This document shows, one piece after another, positions 54,472 to 63,525 of a stretch of DNA of 64,000 bases. The stretch's first letter is position 1. Every line of letters begins with the position of its first letter. The notes beneath the pieces were generated by a model. The model saw only the letters and a program-made list of their open reading frames with translations, did no database searches and was not told the DNA's origin. The translations under genes and the position numbers were made by a program. The DNA is taken from contig JBHGAY010000005.1 of NCBI GenBank assembly GCA_041946735.1, forward strand, positions 96,001 through 160,000. The letters run 5' to 3'. Source of the DNA: Candidatus Eiseniibacteriota bacterium (GTDB taxonomy: Bacteria; Eisenbacteria; RBG-16-71-46; CAIMUX01; VGJL01).

Positions 54472-55266
54472 TCATCGCGGCGTGAACTGCTCGAGCGCGT
54501 AGATTCCGAGCTGCTGCTCGATGGAGGCGATCCTTTCGACCGTCCTCTCGAAGCCGTCCTCGCCGAACAGCCGATGCTCGCGTTCCTCGAACTCCTCACC
54601 TAGCTGCCGGTACGCGTCCCGGCCGACGACGCGGCGGAAGGCGGGGAAGAGGACCGTATCCTCGCGCGCCGCGTGCGGGCGGTACATCCGCTCGAAGGAG
54701 CGGAGGAGCGTCGCGAGGCCCGAAGGGTCGCTCGAAGCCGGCCCGGCGGCGAGACGGGCGATCTCCGCTGTCACCTCGCGTCCCCGCTGGTGCTGTTGTC
54801 GAAGGACGGCGACGAGATCGGTCTGGACGCGCGCCGATTCGAGGCGCGGAAAGAGGAAGTCCTCCTCGAGCTTCTCGTGGTAGTCCTCGACGAAGGTGCG
54901 CACGATCTCGGCGCCGGCTGCAGCGGCGGCGAACGCCGCGGCATCGATCCGGCCGCCGCCCTCGGAACGGCGCGCGACCTCGTCGTAGATCAGCAGCACC
55001 CGCTCGAGCACCCCATGCTCCTGCATCAGATCCTCGCCGGGCGTGACTTCGGCCTCGTCGGCCTCTTGGGCCTCGTCGGCTTCGTCGGCCTTCGCGGCTT
55101 CCTTGGCTTCCTTGGCTTCGTCGGCTTCGCCGGCTTCCTCCTTGGCGTCCTCCCCGAATGCGGCGCCCGCGGCCGCCCCGAGCGCGAGCCCGGCCGTCGC
55201 GACGATGCCTCCGAGCAAGGCCCGGCGGACCGGGTCGGCTACCTCACTTCCGTCTCTCCGCTTCAC
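54472..55266 (-). CDS. Hemerythrin-like (HHE) domain protein with a Tat-like signal
   Basis: RRALLG plus hydrophobic stretch; EHG..ER, YHEKLEEDFLFP, QHQRGR, HAAREDTVLFP. Confidence 0.85.
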   Translation of the reverse strand: MKRRDGSEVADPVRRALLGGIVATAGLALGAAAGAAFGEDAKEEAGEADEAKEAKEAAKADEADEAQEADEAEVTPGEDLMQEHGVLERVLLIYDEVARRSEGGGRIDAAAFAAAAAGAEIVRTFVEDYHEKLEEDFLFPRLESARVQTDLVAVLRQQHQRGREVTAEIARLAAGPASSDPSGLATLLRSFERMYRPHAAREDTVLFPAFRRVVGRDAYRQLGEEFEEREHRLFGEDGFERTVERIASIEQQLGIYALEQFTPR

Positions 55267-55375
55267 GATCCTGCTCCTTCCCCGCGGCCTCGGATTGCCT
55301 CGCTGCGGCTACTCCGCCGGCTTTGCGGCGCACTCGGCCCACTCTGCCGCCGCCTTCTCCCCGCCGCGATCCGGC

Positions 55376-56425
55376 TCAACCTGCGCTCGATCCCCGGAGG
55401 AGCGCCGACAGCGCGGCCCCCGGGCGCGCCACCTGCTCGAAGGTGCACTGCTCCGGCGCCTTGTCCGGCCGCCACCGAAGCAGCTGCGTGCCGTGCCGGA
55501 AGCGACCGCCGGTGAAGTGGTCGTAGCGGACTTCGACCACCAGCTCCGGCCGCACCGGCTCCCACTCGTCCGATTCGCGGTCGCGCGACCAGCGGCTCGG
55601 CCCGCCTGGGCCTCCGCCGGTGAATCCCGGGGGACCGTGGAGCGCCATGAGCTTCGGCGAGAGCGCGCGCCGCTCCTCGTTCGTCAGGCTCGAGGTGTAG
55701 CCGACGTGATGGAGGAGGCCGTCGTCCGCGTAGAGGCCGAGCAGGAGGGAGCCGATCTCCGTCCCCTTGCGGTGCCAGCGGAATCCGCCGACCACGCAGT
55801 CGGCGGTCCGCAGGAGCTTCACCTTGACCACCGCGTCGCGTTCTCCCGCGCGGTAGGGCGCGTCGAGCCGCTTCGCGACGACTCCGTCCAGGTTGCCGCC
55901 GGCGCCGGAGAACCAGGCGCGCCCCGCTTCGATCGCGCGCGAGGCGGGGGAAAGGAGGATCGAGCGGCTGCCCGCGAGATGTTTCGCGGCGAACGCTTCC
56001 AGGCGCGCGCGCCGCGTCTCGAGCGGCATGTCGAGGAGCGAGGCGCCCCGCTCGCCGACCAGCAGATCGAAGAGGATCATCCGCGCCGGATGCGCGGCGG
56101 CAAGCTTCGCCACCCGGCTCGCCGCCGGATGCAGGCGAAGCTGCAGCTCCTCGAACGAGAGCTTCCCGCCGATCGGGATCACCAGCTCCCCGTCGACGAC
56201 GAACCGCTTCGGCCCGAGCCCGAGCATCGCGGCGGCGACGTCGGGGAAGTAGCGGGCGAGCGGCTTCTGCGCTTTCGACTGGAGGTAGATCTCCTCTCCG
56301 TCCCGGAAGGCGAGGCATCGGAAGCCATCCCACTTCGGCTCGTACTGCCAGCCGTCCTCTTCGGGGATCCGCGAAACCGAGATCGCCTCCATCGGAGGAA
56401 GTGGCGGGACGACCGGAAGGTTCAC
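55376..56425 (-). CDS. ligC: ATP-dependent DNA ligase (LigC-like)
   Basis: WQYEPKWDGFR, DGEL, FDLL, DGVVAK, KVK..RTADCVVGGFR, SLLLGLY, RFRHG....RWRPDK.PEQC. Confidence 0.9.
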   Translation of the reverse strand: MNLPVVPPLPPMEAISVSRIPEEDGWQYEPKWDGFRCLAFRDGEEIYLQSKAQKPLARYFPDVAAAMLGLGPKRFVVDGELVIPIGGKLSFEELQLRLHPAASRVAKLAAAHPARMILFDLLVGERGASLLDMPLETRRARLEAFAAKHLAGSRSILLSPASRAIEAGRAWFSGAGGNLDGVVAKRLDAPYRAGERDAVVKVKLLRTADCVVGGFRWHRKGTEIGSLLLGLYADDGLLHHVGYTSSLTNEERRALSPKLMALHGPPGFTGGGPGGPSRWSRDRESDEWEPVRPELVVEVRYDHFTGGRFRHGTQLLRWRPDKAPEQCTFEQVARPGAALSALLRGSSAG

Positions 56426-56492
56426 CGCGCCGGTCCTCGCGTGTCGCAAGCCTCGCCCATGGCTCCCCGCGCGCCGCGCATCCGAGCAGCGC

Positions 56493-57458
56493 TCACAGGA
56501 ACCGTTCGAGGCGAACGCGGTCCGTCTCGGCGAGCATCGGTGCCCAGCAGTCCCCGTTGCGTCGGACGAGACGCGGCACGTTGTCGATGCGGAAGTCCTC
56601 GATCTTCACGCCGCGCTCGATCCGGCTCCAGGTGACCGGCATCGAGACCGAGGGGGTCGGCCGTGCGCGGACCGAGTAGACCGAGGCGAGCGTTCGTCCC
56701 CAGGCGTTCTGGTTGTAGTCGACGAGGACGCGCCCCGGCGGGCGCTTCGCGATGCGATACTCCGCCGTCACGACGTCCGGCCGCTGCTGCGCGATCGCCT
56801 GCGCGAAGAGCTTCGCGAATCCCCAGACCTGCTTCTGCGTCGGCCCCCGGACGATCGGCACGTAGACATGGATCCCTTTCGAGCCGGTCGTCTTGGCGTA
56901 GCACGGCATCCCGAGCCCCTCGAGCCCGCGCCGGACGAGCAGCGCCGCCTCGCGCACGCGATCGAAACCGGCCGGCGGCACCGGATCGAGGTCGAAATGG
57001 AGGACGTCGGGGCGATCGACGTCGTCGCAGGTCGCGTACCACGGGTTCAAGTCGATGCAGCCGAGGTTCACGATCCAGAGGAGCGAGGCGAGGTCGTCGA
57101 CGATCGGGAAGTCGATCACGTTGCCGGAGGCGTGCGTGATCGAGCAGGTGCGGATCCACTCGGGATGCGGCTCGGGAATCCTCTTCATGAAGAAGAAGGA
57201 GCCCGCCACCCCATGCGGATATCGTTTCATCACCATCGCGCGGCCGCGCAGATGCGGGACGAGCGCGTGCGCGACGTCCGCGTAGTAGCGGAGCAGATCC
57301 CCCTTCGTCACGCCGAGGTCGGGCCAGAAGGGCTTCCGCAGGTTCGTCAGCGGGACTTCGCGCGGCGCGGCGCCCATCGTGACGACGACGCGCGCCTGAT
57401 CGACGTCGCGCGGGATCACGACCTTCTCGGCGGCGCGCGCGGCGGCCCGCGGGGTCAT
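56493..57458 (-). CDS. Stand-alone LigD-type primase-polymerase domain
   Basis: LTNL.KPFWP, TKGDLLRYY, RYPHG, FDLDP, KTTGSKGIHVYVP, VDYNQN...RT.ASVYSVR. Confidence 0.9.
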   Translation of the reverse strand: MTPRAAARAAEKVVIPRDVDQARVVVTMGAAPREVPLTNLRKPFWPDLGVTKGDLLRYYADVAHALVPHLRGRAMVMKRYPHGVAGSFFFMKRIPEPHPEWIRTCSITHASGNVIDFPIVDDLASLLWIVNLGCIDLNPWYATCDDVDRPDVLHFDLDPVPPAGFDRVREAALLVRRGLEGLGMPCYAKTTGSKGIHVYVPIVRGPTQKQVWGFAKLFAQAIAQQRPDVVTAEYRIAKRPPGRVLVDYNQNAWGRTLASVYSVRARPTPSVSMPVTWSRIERGVKIEDFRIDNVPRLVRRNGDCWAPMLAETDRVRLERFL

Positions 57459-58105
57459 CCGGCGCTCCGCTGCGGCTGCTGCTTCCATCGAATCGGCACG
57501 AGCTTCGGCGGACGGGGACCATGGCGCGTCGCGCCCAGCACCGGCGCGTAGCCGAGTTCCTCCCCTTCGAGCACCGCGCGGAGCATCAGGCCGCCGCGGC
57601 TCATGTCTCCGCGTCCCACGAATGCGCTGGGGAAGAGCAGGCGCTCGCCGAAGCGAGCGATGAGCAGGTCGACGTACTTCCCCGTGGCGATCGAACCGAG
57701 AAGGACGACGCGGCCCTCCGGTCCGACTTGTTTCTCCAAAGCCCGAAGCGTCTCGTCGAGCGGAAGGCGATAGCGCGGATCGGCCGGGTCGATCGGCACG
57801 GAAGCGAACTCGAGGAGATCCTCGCGGCGAACGATCGTCTCCGGCCGCTCCAGCCCTCGCGACGTCGTGATGACGCGGACGATCCCGCCTTCGCCGGCGA
57901 ACGCGCGCGCGTAGCCGAGCTTTCCGCGGAAGTAGAGGCCGCTGAGGAAGTTGAACGCCTCGCCGAGCGGGACGCCGCCGGCGCCGAGCCGTCGGGCCAG
58001 ATCGAACGCGGCCTGCTCGCGGACGAGGATCTCCGCGCGCTTGCCCGAACAGGAAGCGGGGGAGAGGAGGAAGGCGCTCGGGCGCCCGGTACGACGATGG
58101 GCCAT
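57455..58105 (-). CDS. Hypothetical protein, weakly YaaA/DUF328-like
   Basis: FLLSPASCSGKRA, FLSGLYFRGK, LLGSIATGKY, FVGRGDMSRGGLML; stop overlaps the polymerase ATG. Confidence 0.7.
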   Translation of the reverse strand: MAHRRTGRPSAFLLSPASCSGKRAEILVREQAAFDLARRLGAGGVPLGEAFNFLSGLYFRGKLGYARAFAGEGGIVRVITTSRGLERPETIVRREDLLEFASVPIDPADPRYRLPLDETLRALEKQVGPEGRVVLLGSIATGKYVDLLIARFGERLLFPSAFVGRGDMSRGGLMLRAVLEGEELGYAPVLGATRHGPRPPKLVPIRWKQQPQRSAG

Positions 58106-58111
58106 GCGGCG

Positions 58112-58120
58112 ACGATAGCA
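58112..58120 (-). promoter_or_regulatory. Extended -10-like element TGCTATCGT, probable leaderless start
   Basis: Ends 6 nt before ATG 58105; no SD. Confidence 0.35.
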
Positions 58121-58250
58121 GAGGGAGAGCGTCTTGAGCGGCGGCGCTGCAGTCGGTATCGTCGCCCGTTCGCTTCGCCGGAAACTCGTCGCAGATCGCG
58201 CTGAGCGCCGGAGGATCGATAACGAAGCCCCCACTCACACAGGAGGAAGG

Positions 58251-59177
58251 ATGTCGTTTCGCCGCCGCTCGCGCTCCCGCTCATGCTCCCGCTCCCACTC
58301 ATGCGCACACTCCCCCTACCGCTTCCGCCTTCGCTCGTTCGCACGCCTGCCCCTCGCTCTCCTGCTGGCCATCGCGGCGTCCTTGACGATTCGGGCGGCT
58401 GGCGCCGCCGATCCCGCTCCTCCCTCGGCGGCTCGGGCTCCAGGATCCGCACCGGCCGGCGCGTCCGCTCCCGCCCCCGCCCCTCGGCAAGAGGAGCCGA
58501 TGAAGAACCTGCAGGTGTTCCCGAAGGACACGCCGCGCGCCGAGGTCCTCCAGGCGATGCGATCCTTCACGCAGGCGCTCGGCGTGCGCTGCGACCACTG
58601 CCACGTCGACGAGCACGGCGGCCCGAATCCGCGAGAGGACATGGCGAGCGACGAGAAGCTGCCGAAACGGCAGGCGCGCGAGATGCTCCGGATGACCCAA
58701 CGGATCAATGCGGACCTGCTGACCGCGCTGCCGCAACGCCACGATCCGCCCGTGGCCGTGCGCTGCGTGACGTGTCACCGCGGCCTTCCGGTTCCCGAGA
58801 CGCTCGCCGACCGCCTCGGGTCCGTGCTCGAGAAGGCCGGACTCGACTCGGCACTCGCCACCTACCGCTCCCTGCGCGCCGACCCGTTCCATGGCTGGTT
58901 CGACTTGAGCGAGTCGAGCTTGGCCGGCTTCGCCCGGCAGCTCTCGAGCGCCGGAAAGAACGACGAAGCTCTCGCATTCCTTGAGCTCGATCGCGAGTTC
59001 TATCCGGAATCGCGCATGCTCCCGCTGGCGGTGGCCGACGTCTACGTCGCGAAGGGGGACCGCGCGGCGGCGCTCGCCGAGCTGGAGCGCCTCGTCGCCG
59101 CCGATCCAGGGAACATGCGCGCCGCGCAGCGGCTGAACGAGCTGAACGAGGCGAAGGAGCTGAAGGAGTCGAAGTAG
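58251..59177 (+). CDS. Exported diheme c-type cytochrome (reaction-centre cytochrome-c-like domain) with C-terminal TPR
   Basis: KNLQV, M..F..ALGVRCDHCH, AREMLRM...IN, CVTCHRG; TPR-like tail; AGGAGG SD. Confidence 0.85.
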   Translation: MSFRRRSRSRSCSRSHSCAHSPYRFRLRSFARLPLALLLAIAASLTIRAAGAADPAPPSAARAPGSAPAGASAPAPAPRQEEPMKNLQVFPKDTPRAEVLQAMRSFTQALGVRCDHCHVDEHGGPNPREDMASDEKLPKRQAREMLRMTQRINADLLTALPQRHDPPVAVRCVTCHRGLPVPETLADRLGSVLEKAGLDSALATYRSLRADPFHGWFDLSESSLAGFARQLSSAGKNDEALAFLELDREFYPESRMLPLAVADVYVAKGDRAAALAELERLVAADPGNMRAAQRLNELNEAKELKESK

Positions 59178-59222
59178 GTGAAGGAGCCGAAGTAGGCGAA
59201 GGAGCTGAAGGAGCCGAAGTAG
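59130..59222 (+). repeat. About 10 x 9-bp tandem repeat spanning the cytochrome stop codon
   Basis: gagctgaac gaggcgaag gagctgaag gagtcgaag TAGgtgaag gagccgaag TAGgcgaag gagctgaag gagccgaag TAG. Confidence 0.9.
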
Positions 59223-59286
59223 GTGGTGGAGCAACGGAAGGGACGAACGGGCGAAGCCGGCGAAGCGAACGGGTCGGGTTCGCTCC

Positions 59287-60129
59287 TCAGGCGCGCGGCT
59301 GGGGCCGGGGCCGGGGCACCCCCGCCCGTTTCCGGACGGTGAAGAGCAGCCCCGACCAGGTCGCATCGATCGAGCAGATCTTGTAGTCGACGAGACCGCG
59401 AGCGAGGCCGGCGCCCCGCACTTCCTTCTCGCCGATCGCGCTCGGACTCGTGCCGCCGCCGGCGCCCGGGGCCCTCTTCTTCGGCCAGGCGATCCATGCG
59501 CTGCCGCGAGGCGGCGAGGTCGCGATGCGCTCCACCGCCTTTGTCAGCTCCCCTTGGTCATGAACGAACCAGAGGACCAGATCGGCGGCGGCCGAGTAGC
59601 GGCGCGTGAGCCGGGCGGTCGCCGGCAGCCCGTCGAGCAAGGCCTCGAAAGCGCCCGGGGCGCGAAGGAGCGCGACCGTGTCGCCGGGCCGGATTCCGAG
59701 TTTCACGACGAGCGGACGTCCCGAGTAGGCGTCCATGGAGGAGCGAGGCGTGACGGGGTCGGACGGAGGATGCGCGATCGCCCTGCGCAGATCCGCGCGC
59801 ACGCGCTTCCACGCGCTGTACACCGCATCCGGGAGGTGCTCGCGGATGCCCGCGACCTTTTCCGGGTCCCCCTCGACGAAGACGAGCGGAACCGCGCGGG
59901 TCGCCTTCGCCGCGCGAATCGACATGCCGGCGTCCCGCCCCTGGGAAGGAATCCTGGAGAGATCGATCACGACGGCGTCGGGCGGCGACTCGCGCAGGGC
60001 TCGCAGGGATGGCGGGCCTGCGAACCGTCCCGCCTCGACCTCGTAGCCCGCAGCCCGCAGGAACGCGGCACGCTCCTCGGCCTCCGCTTCGTGCCAGTGG
60101 ATCAGACGAATCTTCCGCGGAGTCCTCAT
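59287..60129 (-). CDS. Receiver-like N-terminal domain fused to a DUF3052-like domain
   Basis: PDAVVIDL..PSQG, TRAVPLVFV; then YSGRPL..KLGI, WIAWPKK, VR..GL..GLVDYKICSIDATWSGL.F. Confidence 0.7.
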   Translation of the reverse strand: MRTPRKIRLIHWHEAEAEERAAFLRAAGYEVEAGRFAGPPSLRALRESPPDAVVIDLSRIPSQGRDAGMSIRAAKATRAVPLVFVEGDPEKVAGIREHLPDAVYSAWKRVRADLRRAIAHPPSDPVTPRSSMDAYSGRPLVVKLGIRPGDTVALLRAPGAFEALLDGLPATARLTRRYSAAADLVLWFVHDQGELTKAVERIATSPPRGSAWIAWPKKRAPGAGGGTSPSAIGEKEVRGAGLARGLVDYKICSIDATWSGLLFTVRKRAGVPRPRPQPRA

Positions 60130-61091
60130 CGCGCCGGACCCTGCATGCCGTCCTCTTCGCCCCCTTCCGACGAGCCGCCTCGCAGGATTGCGAGAGCCTC
60201 TTCGTGGAGAAGCCCGTTCGTCGTCAAGAGACTGCCGCCGTCGACGCTCGCGCGGCCTTCGAGGGAGGTCGAGCGTCCTCCGGCCTCTTCGACGATGACG
60301 AGGAGCGGGCCGATGTCCCACGGCTTCATGACCGGATCGATCGCGATCTCTCCCGCCCCTTCGGCGACGAGGATGTGCTGCCAGAAGTCGCCGAACCCGC
60401 GCGTGCGGTACGCGCGAGCGAGGAGCGCCGCGAATCCCGGCATCGACGGGATGTCGGCGAGACGCAAGCCGCTGTGGAAGACCTGCGCCTCGTCGAGCAC
60501 GGAGATCGAGGAGACGTGAAGGCGTCGCGGGACGGTGGGGCCGTGGCCGCCGTGGCCGCCGGCGCCGTCGAGGCCGCCGGGGCCGCCGGGGCCGCCCGCG
60601 CTGCGCGTGCCGCCTGCGCCGCCCGCGCGCAGGTCGCGGGCGAGGCAGAACGCCCCGGCGCCGCGCGCCGCCTGCCAGCGCGTCCCGAGAGCCGGCGCCG
60701 AGACCAGCCCGGCGACGACCGCCCCGTCCTCCTCCACCGCGAGCAGGGTCGCGAAGATCGGGATGCCGCGGCGGAAGTTCTCCGTGCCGTCGATCGGATC
60801 AACGATCAGGCGGCGGACCCCCGGCTGTGCCGCCGCGCCGTCAGTCCCCTCTCCCGCGCCGCATTCCTCGCCGAAGACGGCGAGGCCGGCAGCCCGCTCC
60901 TCGACCAGCGCTCGGATCGCCTGCTCGATCTCTCGGTCGGCGCGAGTGACGACCGTCCGGTCTGCCTTGCGCTCGGTCGCCAACTCGGGCGATCGGTAGT
61001 AGGAGAGGGCGATCGCATCGGCGGAATCGGCGATGTCCGTGAGCAGCGGGATCCAGTCGGCCGGCTTTGTGCGACTGCTGCCGATCTCCAT
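60126..61091 (-). CDS. hisN: Histidinol-phosphatase, inositol monophosphatase family
   Basis: KADRTVVT.AD, GEE, DPIDGTENF.RG.PIFATL, RTRGFGDFW, WDIGPL..IVEEAGG. Confidence 0.85.
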   Translation of the reverse strand: MEIGSSRTKPADWIPLLTDIADSADAIALSYYRSPELATERKADRTVVTRADREIEQAIRALVEERAAGLAVFGEECGAGEGTDGAAAQPGVRRLIVDPIDGTENFRRGIPIFATLLAVEEDGAVVAGLVSAPALGTRWQAARGAGAFCLARDLRAGGAGGTRSAGGPGGPGGLDGAGGHGGHGPTVPRRLHVSSISVLDEAQVFHSGLRLADIPSMPGFAALLARAYRTRGFGDFWQHILVAEGAGEIAIDPVMKPWDIGPLLVIVEEAGGRSTSLEGRASVDGGSLLTTNGLLHEEALAILRGGSSEGGEEDGMQGPAR

Positions 61092-61302
61092 TTCTGTCCT
61101 CCCTGAATGGACTCGACCCGATTCTAACGCCCCGGCGCAACCATGCCCGTCCGCGATTCGGCGGGCCTCCTGCGCGACGCGGCCGACCCCATGCGCACGG
61201 CCGGCCGTCCTGTCGTCCCATCGTGGACGCTCGCTCTCTCCGCTGCTACGATCGCCCGCGACGATCGACGATGGGAACGAGGGAGCACGGGGGAGGCGAG
61301 CG

Positions 61303-63225
61303 ATGAGCAACGCGCCGGAAGCTGCGGCGGCTTCTCGATCGACCGCGGCGATCGCGGCCACGTCCCAGCCCGCGAAGACGCAGACGCCGATGGCCGCGGC
61401 CGCATGGGGGGCGGTCCTGCTGCTGCTCGTCCTGCTGCTCTTCACCGCGTGGCAGGGTCCGGACATCTTCTATCACCTCGCGCTCGGTCAAAAGGTGCTG
61501 GAGACGGGACGGCCGCAGCCGCCCGAGATCGTCCTCGCCACGCAGCCCGCCTACGTGAACGTCTATTGGCTCTTCCAGGTCGTCTGCGCCGGCATCTTCG
61601 GCCTCGCGGGCCCGGTCGGCCTCACCCTGTTCTTCGCCGCCGCATGGGTCGCGACGTTTCTGCTGTGGATTTCGATCGCCGGTCTCGCGCGCCGCCCCGC
61701 TCTCGGGCTTCCGCTCGCGCTTGCGGCCGTCCTCGTCCTGCAAGGACGCTTCGACCCGCGCCCCGAAGTCATCAGCTATCTGCTTCTCGCGATCCAGCTG
61801 CGCTGGCTCCTCTCCTGGGACTTCGATCGCCCGGTCAACGTCCGGCGCCTCGCCCTCTTCGGCCTCGTCCAGGCGATCTGGACGAACGTGCACGGCTTCT
61901 TCGTCCTCGGGCCGTTTCTCGTCGCGGCGATGCTCGTCTCCCGTGCGTTGCATCCCGGCAATGTCGCGCCGGGCGGGGAGCGCCGGGCGGTTCGCGAGCT
62001 GGCGAAACTCCTTGCCGTCACCGCCGTCGCTTCGCTCGTCTCGCCGTTCGGTCCGAAGGGATGGGCCTTCGTCGCGACCCTCTGGCGGCTGGGAAGCAAG
62101 ATGCCGCAATCGATTCTCGAGCTGCGTCCGCCGACGGCAGCGGTCTTCCGGCACGTCTGGACGATCGACGTCTTCTATGCCGTCTGGATCGCGACCGCGC
62201 TCGCCGTCGTGTGGCTTCTCGCCAGGCGGCGCTTCCGAGCGTTCCCCATCCTGACGGCGCTCCCCGCTCTCGCGCTCAGCGCCACCGGAGTCCGGTACAT
62301 GCCGGTTCTGGTGCTGCTCGGCGCTCCGGTGTGGCGGGAGATCTTCCGCGGCGCATCCGCGCAGCGGACGGAGCAGGAGCCCGGGCCCGGCCCCGATCGT
62401 CCACGCCGCCCGCTCGCGACAGCCGCGATCGCCGCGACCGGCATCGTCGCTCTGGCTCTCGCCGGCTGGGCGGTGACCGGCGGCTTCTACCGCTCGCTCC
62501 AGAGTCCCACGAGCCTGGGCCTCGGGCTTCGCGGGAGCGCCTATCCGGTCGCCCTCGCGCAGCACCTCCGCGATGCCGGCTTCTCCGGGCGGATCTACAA
62601 CGATTCGGCCGACGGGGGCTTCCTCGCCTTCCGGTTGGGCCGGGCCGGGGTGCTGCCGTACATCGACTCGCGCTACATCGAGCCGCCGGTCGTGGAGGAA
62701 TACTTCGCGAGCCTGCGCGATCCGCGGGGGTTCGCGCGGCTCGACGCACGGTATCGCTTCGACGGCGCCGTCCTGCGTGTCGCCGAGAGCCCGGAGCTGA
62801 CCGCGACGCTCCTGAAGAGGCCCGAGTGGAAGCTCGAGTACGCCGACCTCCATCGCGCGTTCTTCGTGAAGGCGGAGCGCGCGAGCGCAGCCGGGATGAC
62901 CGGCGCGCCATCGGCCTCCATCTGGAATGGAGAGGATCTGTCCGAGCGCGTGGAGGGCATGTCGGCGATCCAGTGGATCTTCCTCCTCGCGAAGTCCGGA
63001 CAGCGGGACCTTCTGCTGTCCGCGCTCGAGCAGCTGGCCCGCGCCCCGAAGGTTCCGTCGTACGCGATCGCCTACGCTCTCGACTACGGAACGCAGAGGC
63101 GCGATCGCGAGATCGTGGAGCGCGCCCGCGCGCTGTACCCGAAGCTCTTCGCTCTCGACGAGAAGGAGCGCGCGATGGTCGCGCGCCTGATGCAGCAGTC
63201 CGCGGTAGCGATGCCGGAACGTTGA
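61303..63225 (+). CDS. Multi-TM membrane protein, putative GT-C-fold glycosyltransferase
   Basis: DIFYHLALG, WLFQV, RPE, WTNVHG.F..G, SPFG, IYND...GGFL, YIDSR; GGAGG before ATG 61303. Confidence 0.7.
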   Translation: MSNAPEAAAASRSTAAIAATSQPAKTQTPMAAAAWGAVLLLLVLLLFTAWQGPDIFYHLALGQKVLETGRPQPPEIVLATQPAYVNVYWLFQVVCAGIFGLAGPVGLTLFFAAAWVATFLLWISIAGLARRPALGLPLALAAVLVLQGRFDPRPEVISYLLLAIQLRWLLSWDFDRPVNVRRLALFGLVQAIWTNVHGFFVLGPFLVAAMLVSRALHPGNVAPGGERRAVRELAKLLAVTAVASLVSPFGPKGWAFVATLWRLGSKMPQSILELRPPTAAVFRHVWTIDVFYAVWIATALAVVWLLARRRFRAFPILTALPALALSATGVRYMPVLVLLGAPVWREIFRGASAQRTEQEPGPGPDRPRRPLATAAIAATGIVALALAGWAVTGGFYRSLQSPTSLGLGLRGSAYPVALAQHLRDAGFSGRIYNDSADGGFLAFRLGRAGVLPYIDSRYIEPPVVEEYFASLRDPRGFARLDARYRFDGAVLRVAESPELTATLLKRPEWKLEYADLHRAFFVKAERASAAGMTGAPSASIWNGEDLSERVEGMSAIQWIFLLAKSGQRDLLLSALEQLARAPKVPSYAIAYALDYGTQRRDREIVERARALYPKLFALDEKERAMVARLMQQSAVAMPER

Positions 63226-63525
63226 AGATCCGTACTTTCTCCGGATTTCGCGGATCGAAGAGCTCCAGGCAAAGACGGGTCTTGTTTTCCACCATACCGT
63301 AGGACGATGCCGTTCACGGCAGCATGAAAAGAACCGCGACTCGCTTCGATCCGCTCGCTCGGTTTGATATTTCCAGGTTCGAGACCTATTCTCCCCGCGG
63401 CTGCATCTAGCCAGGCGCAGCCCACGATCGTTCCATCAACCTCACGTTCAAGCTCCGGCGAGCCCTCGTTTCCTGATCCGGTTTCGTGCGATCAGGACGA
63501 CTACGCTCGGCGGGCGGAGGTCACC

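Noticed and set aside
58251..59177. Evidence of phototrophy from the reaction-centre-cytochrome-like domain
   Set aside because: Only two CxxCH motifs plus a TPR; no puf or bch genes in the window.
59175..59222. Pyrrolysine/amber read-through at the cytochrome C-terminus
   Set aside because: The TAGs are variants of a 9-bp repeat; read-through adds only repeat sequence; no pyl context.
63270..63340. c-di-GMP riboswitch suggested by GGCAAA
   Set aside because: I could not identify the GNRA tetraloop/receptor or second stem by eye.
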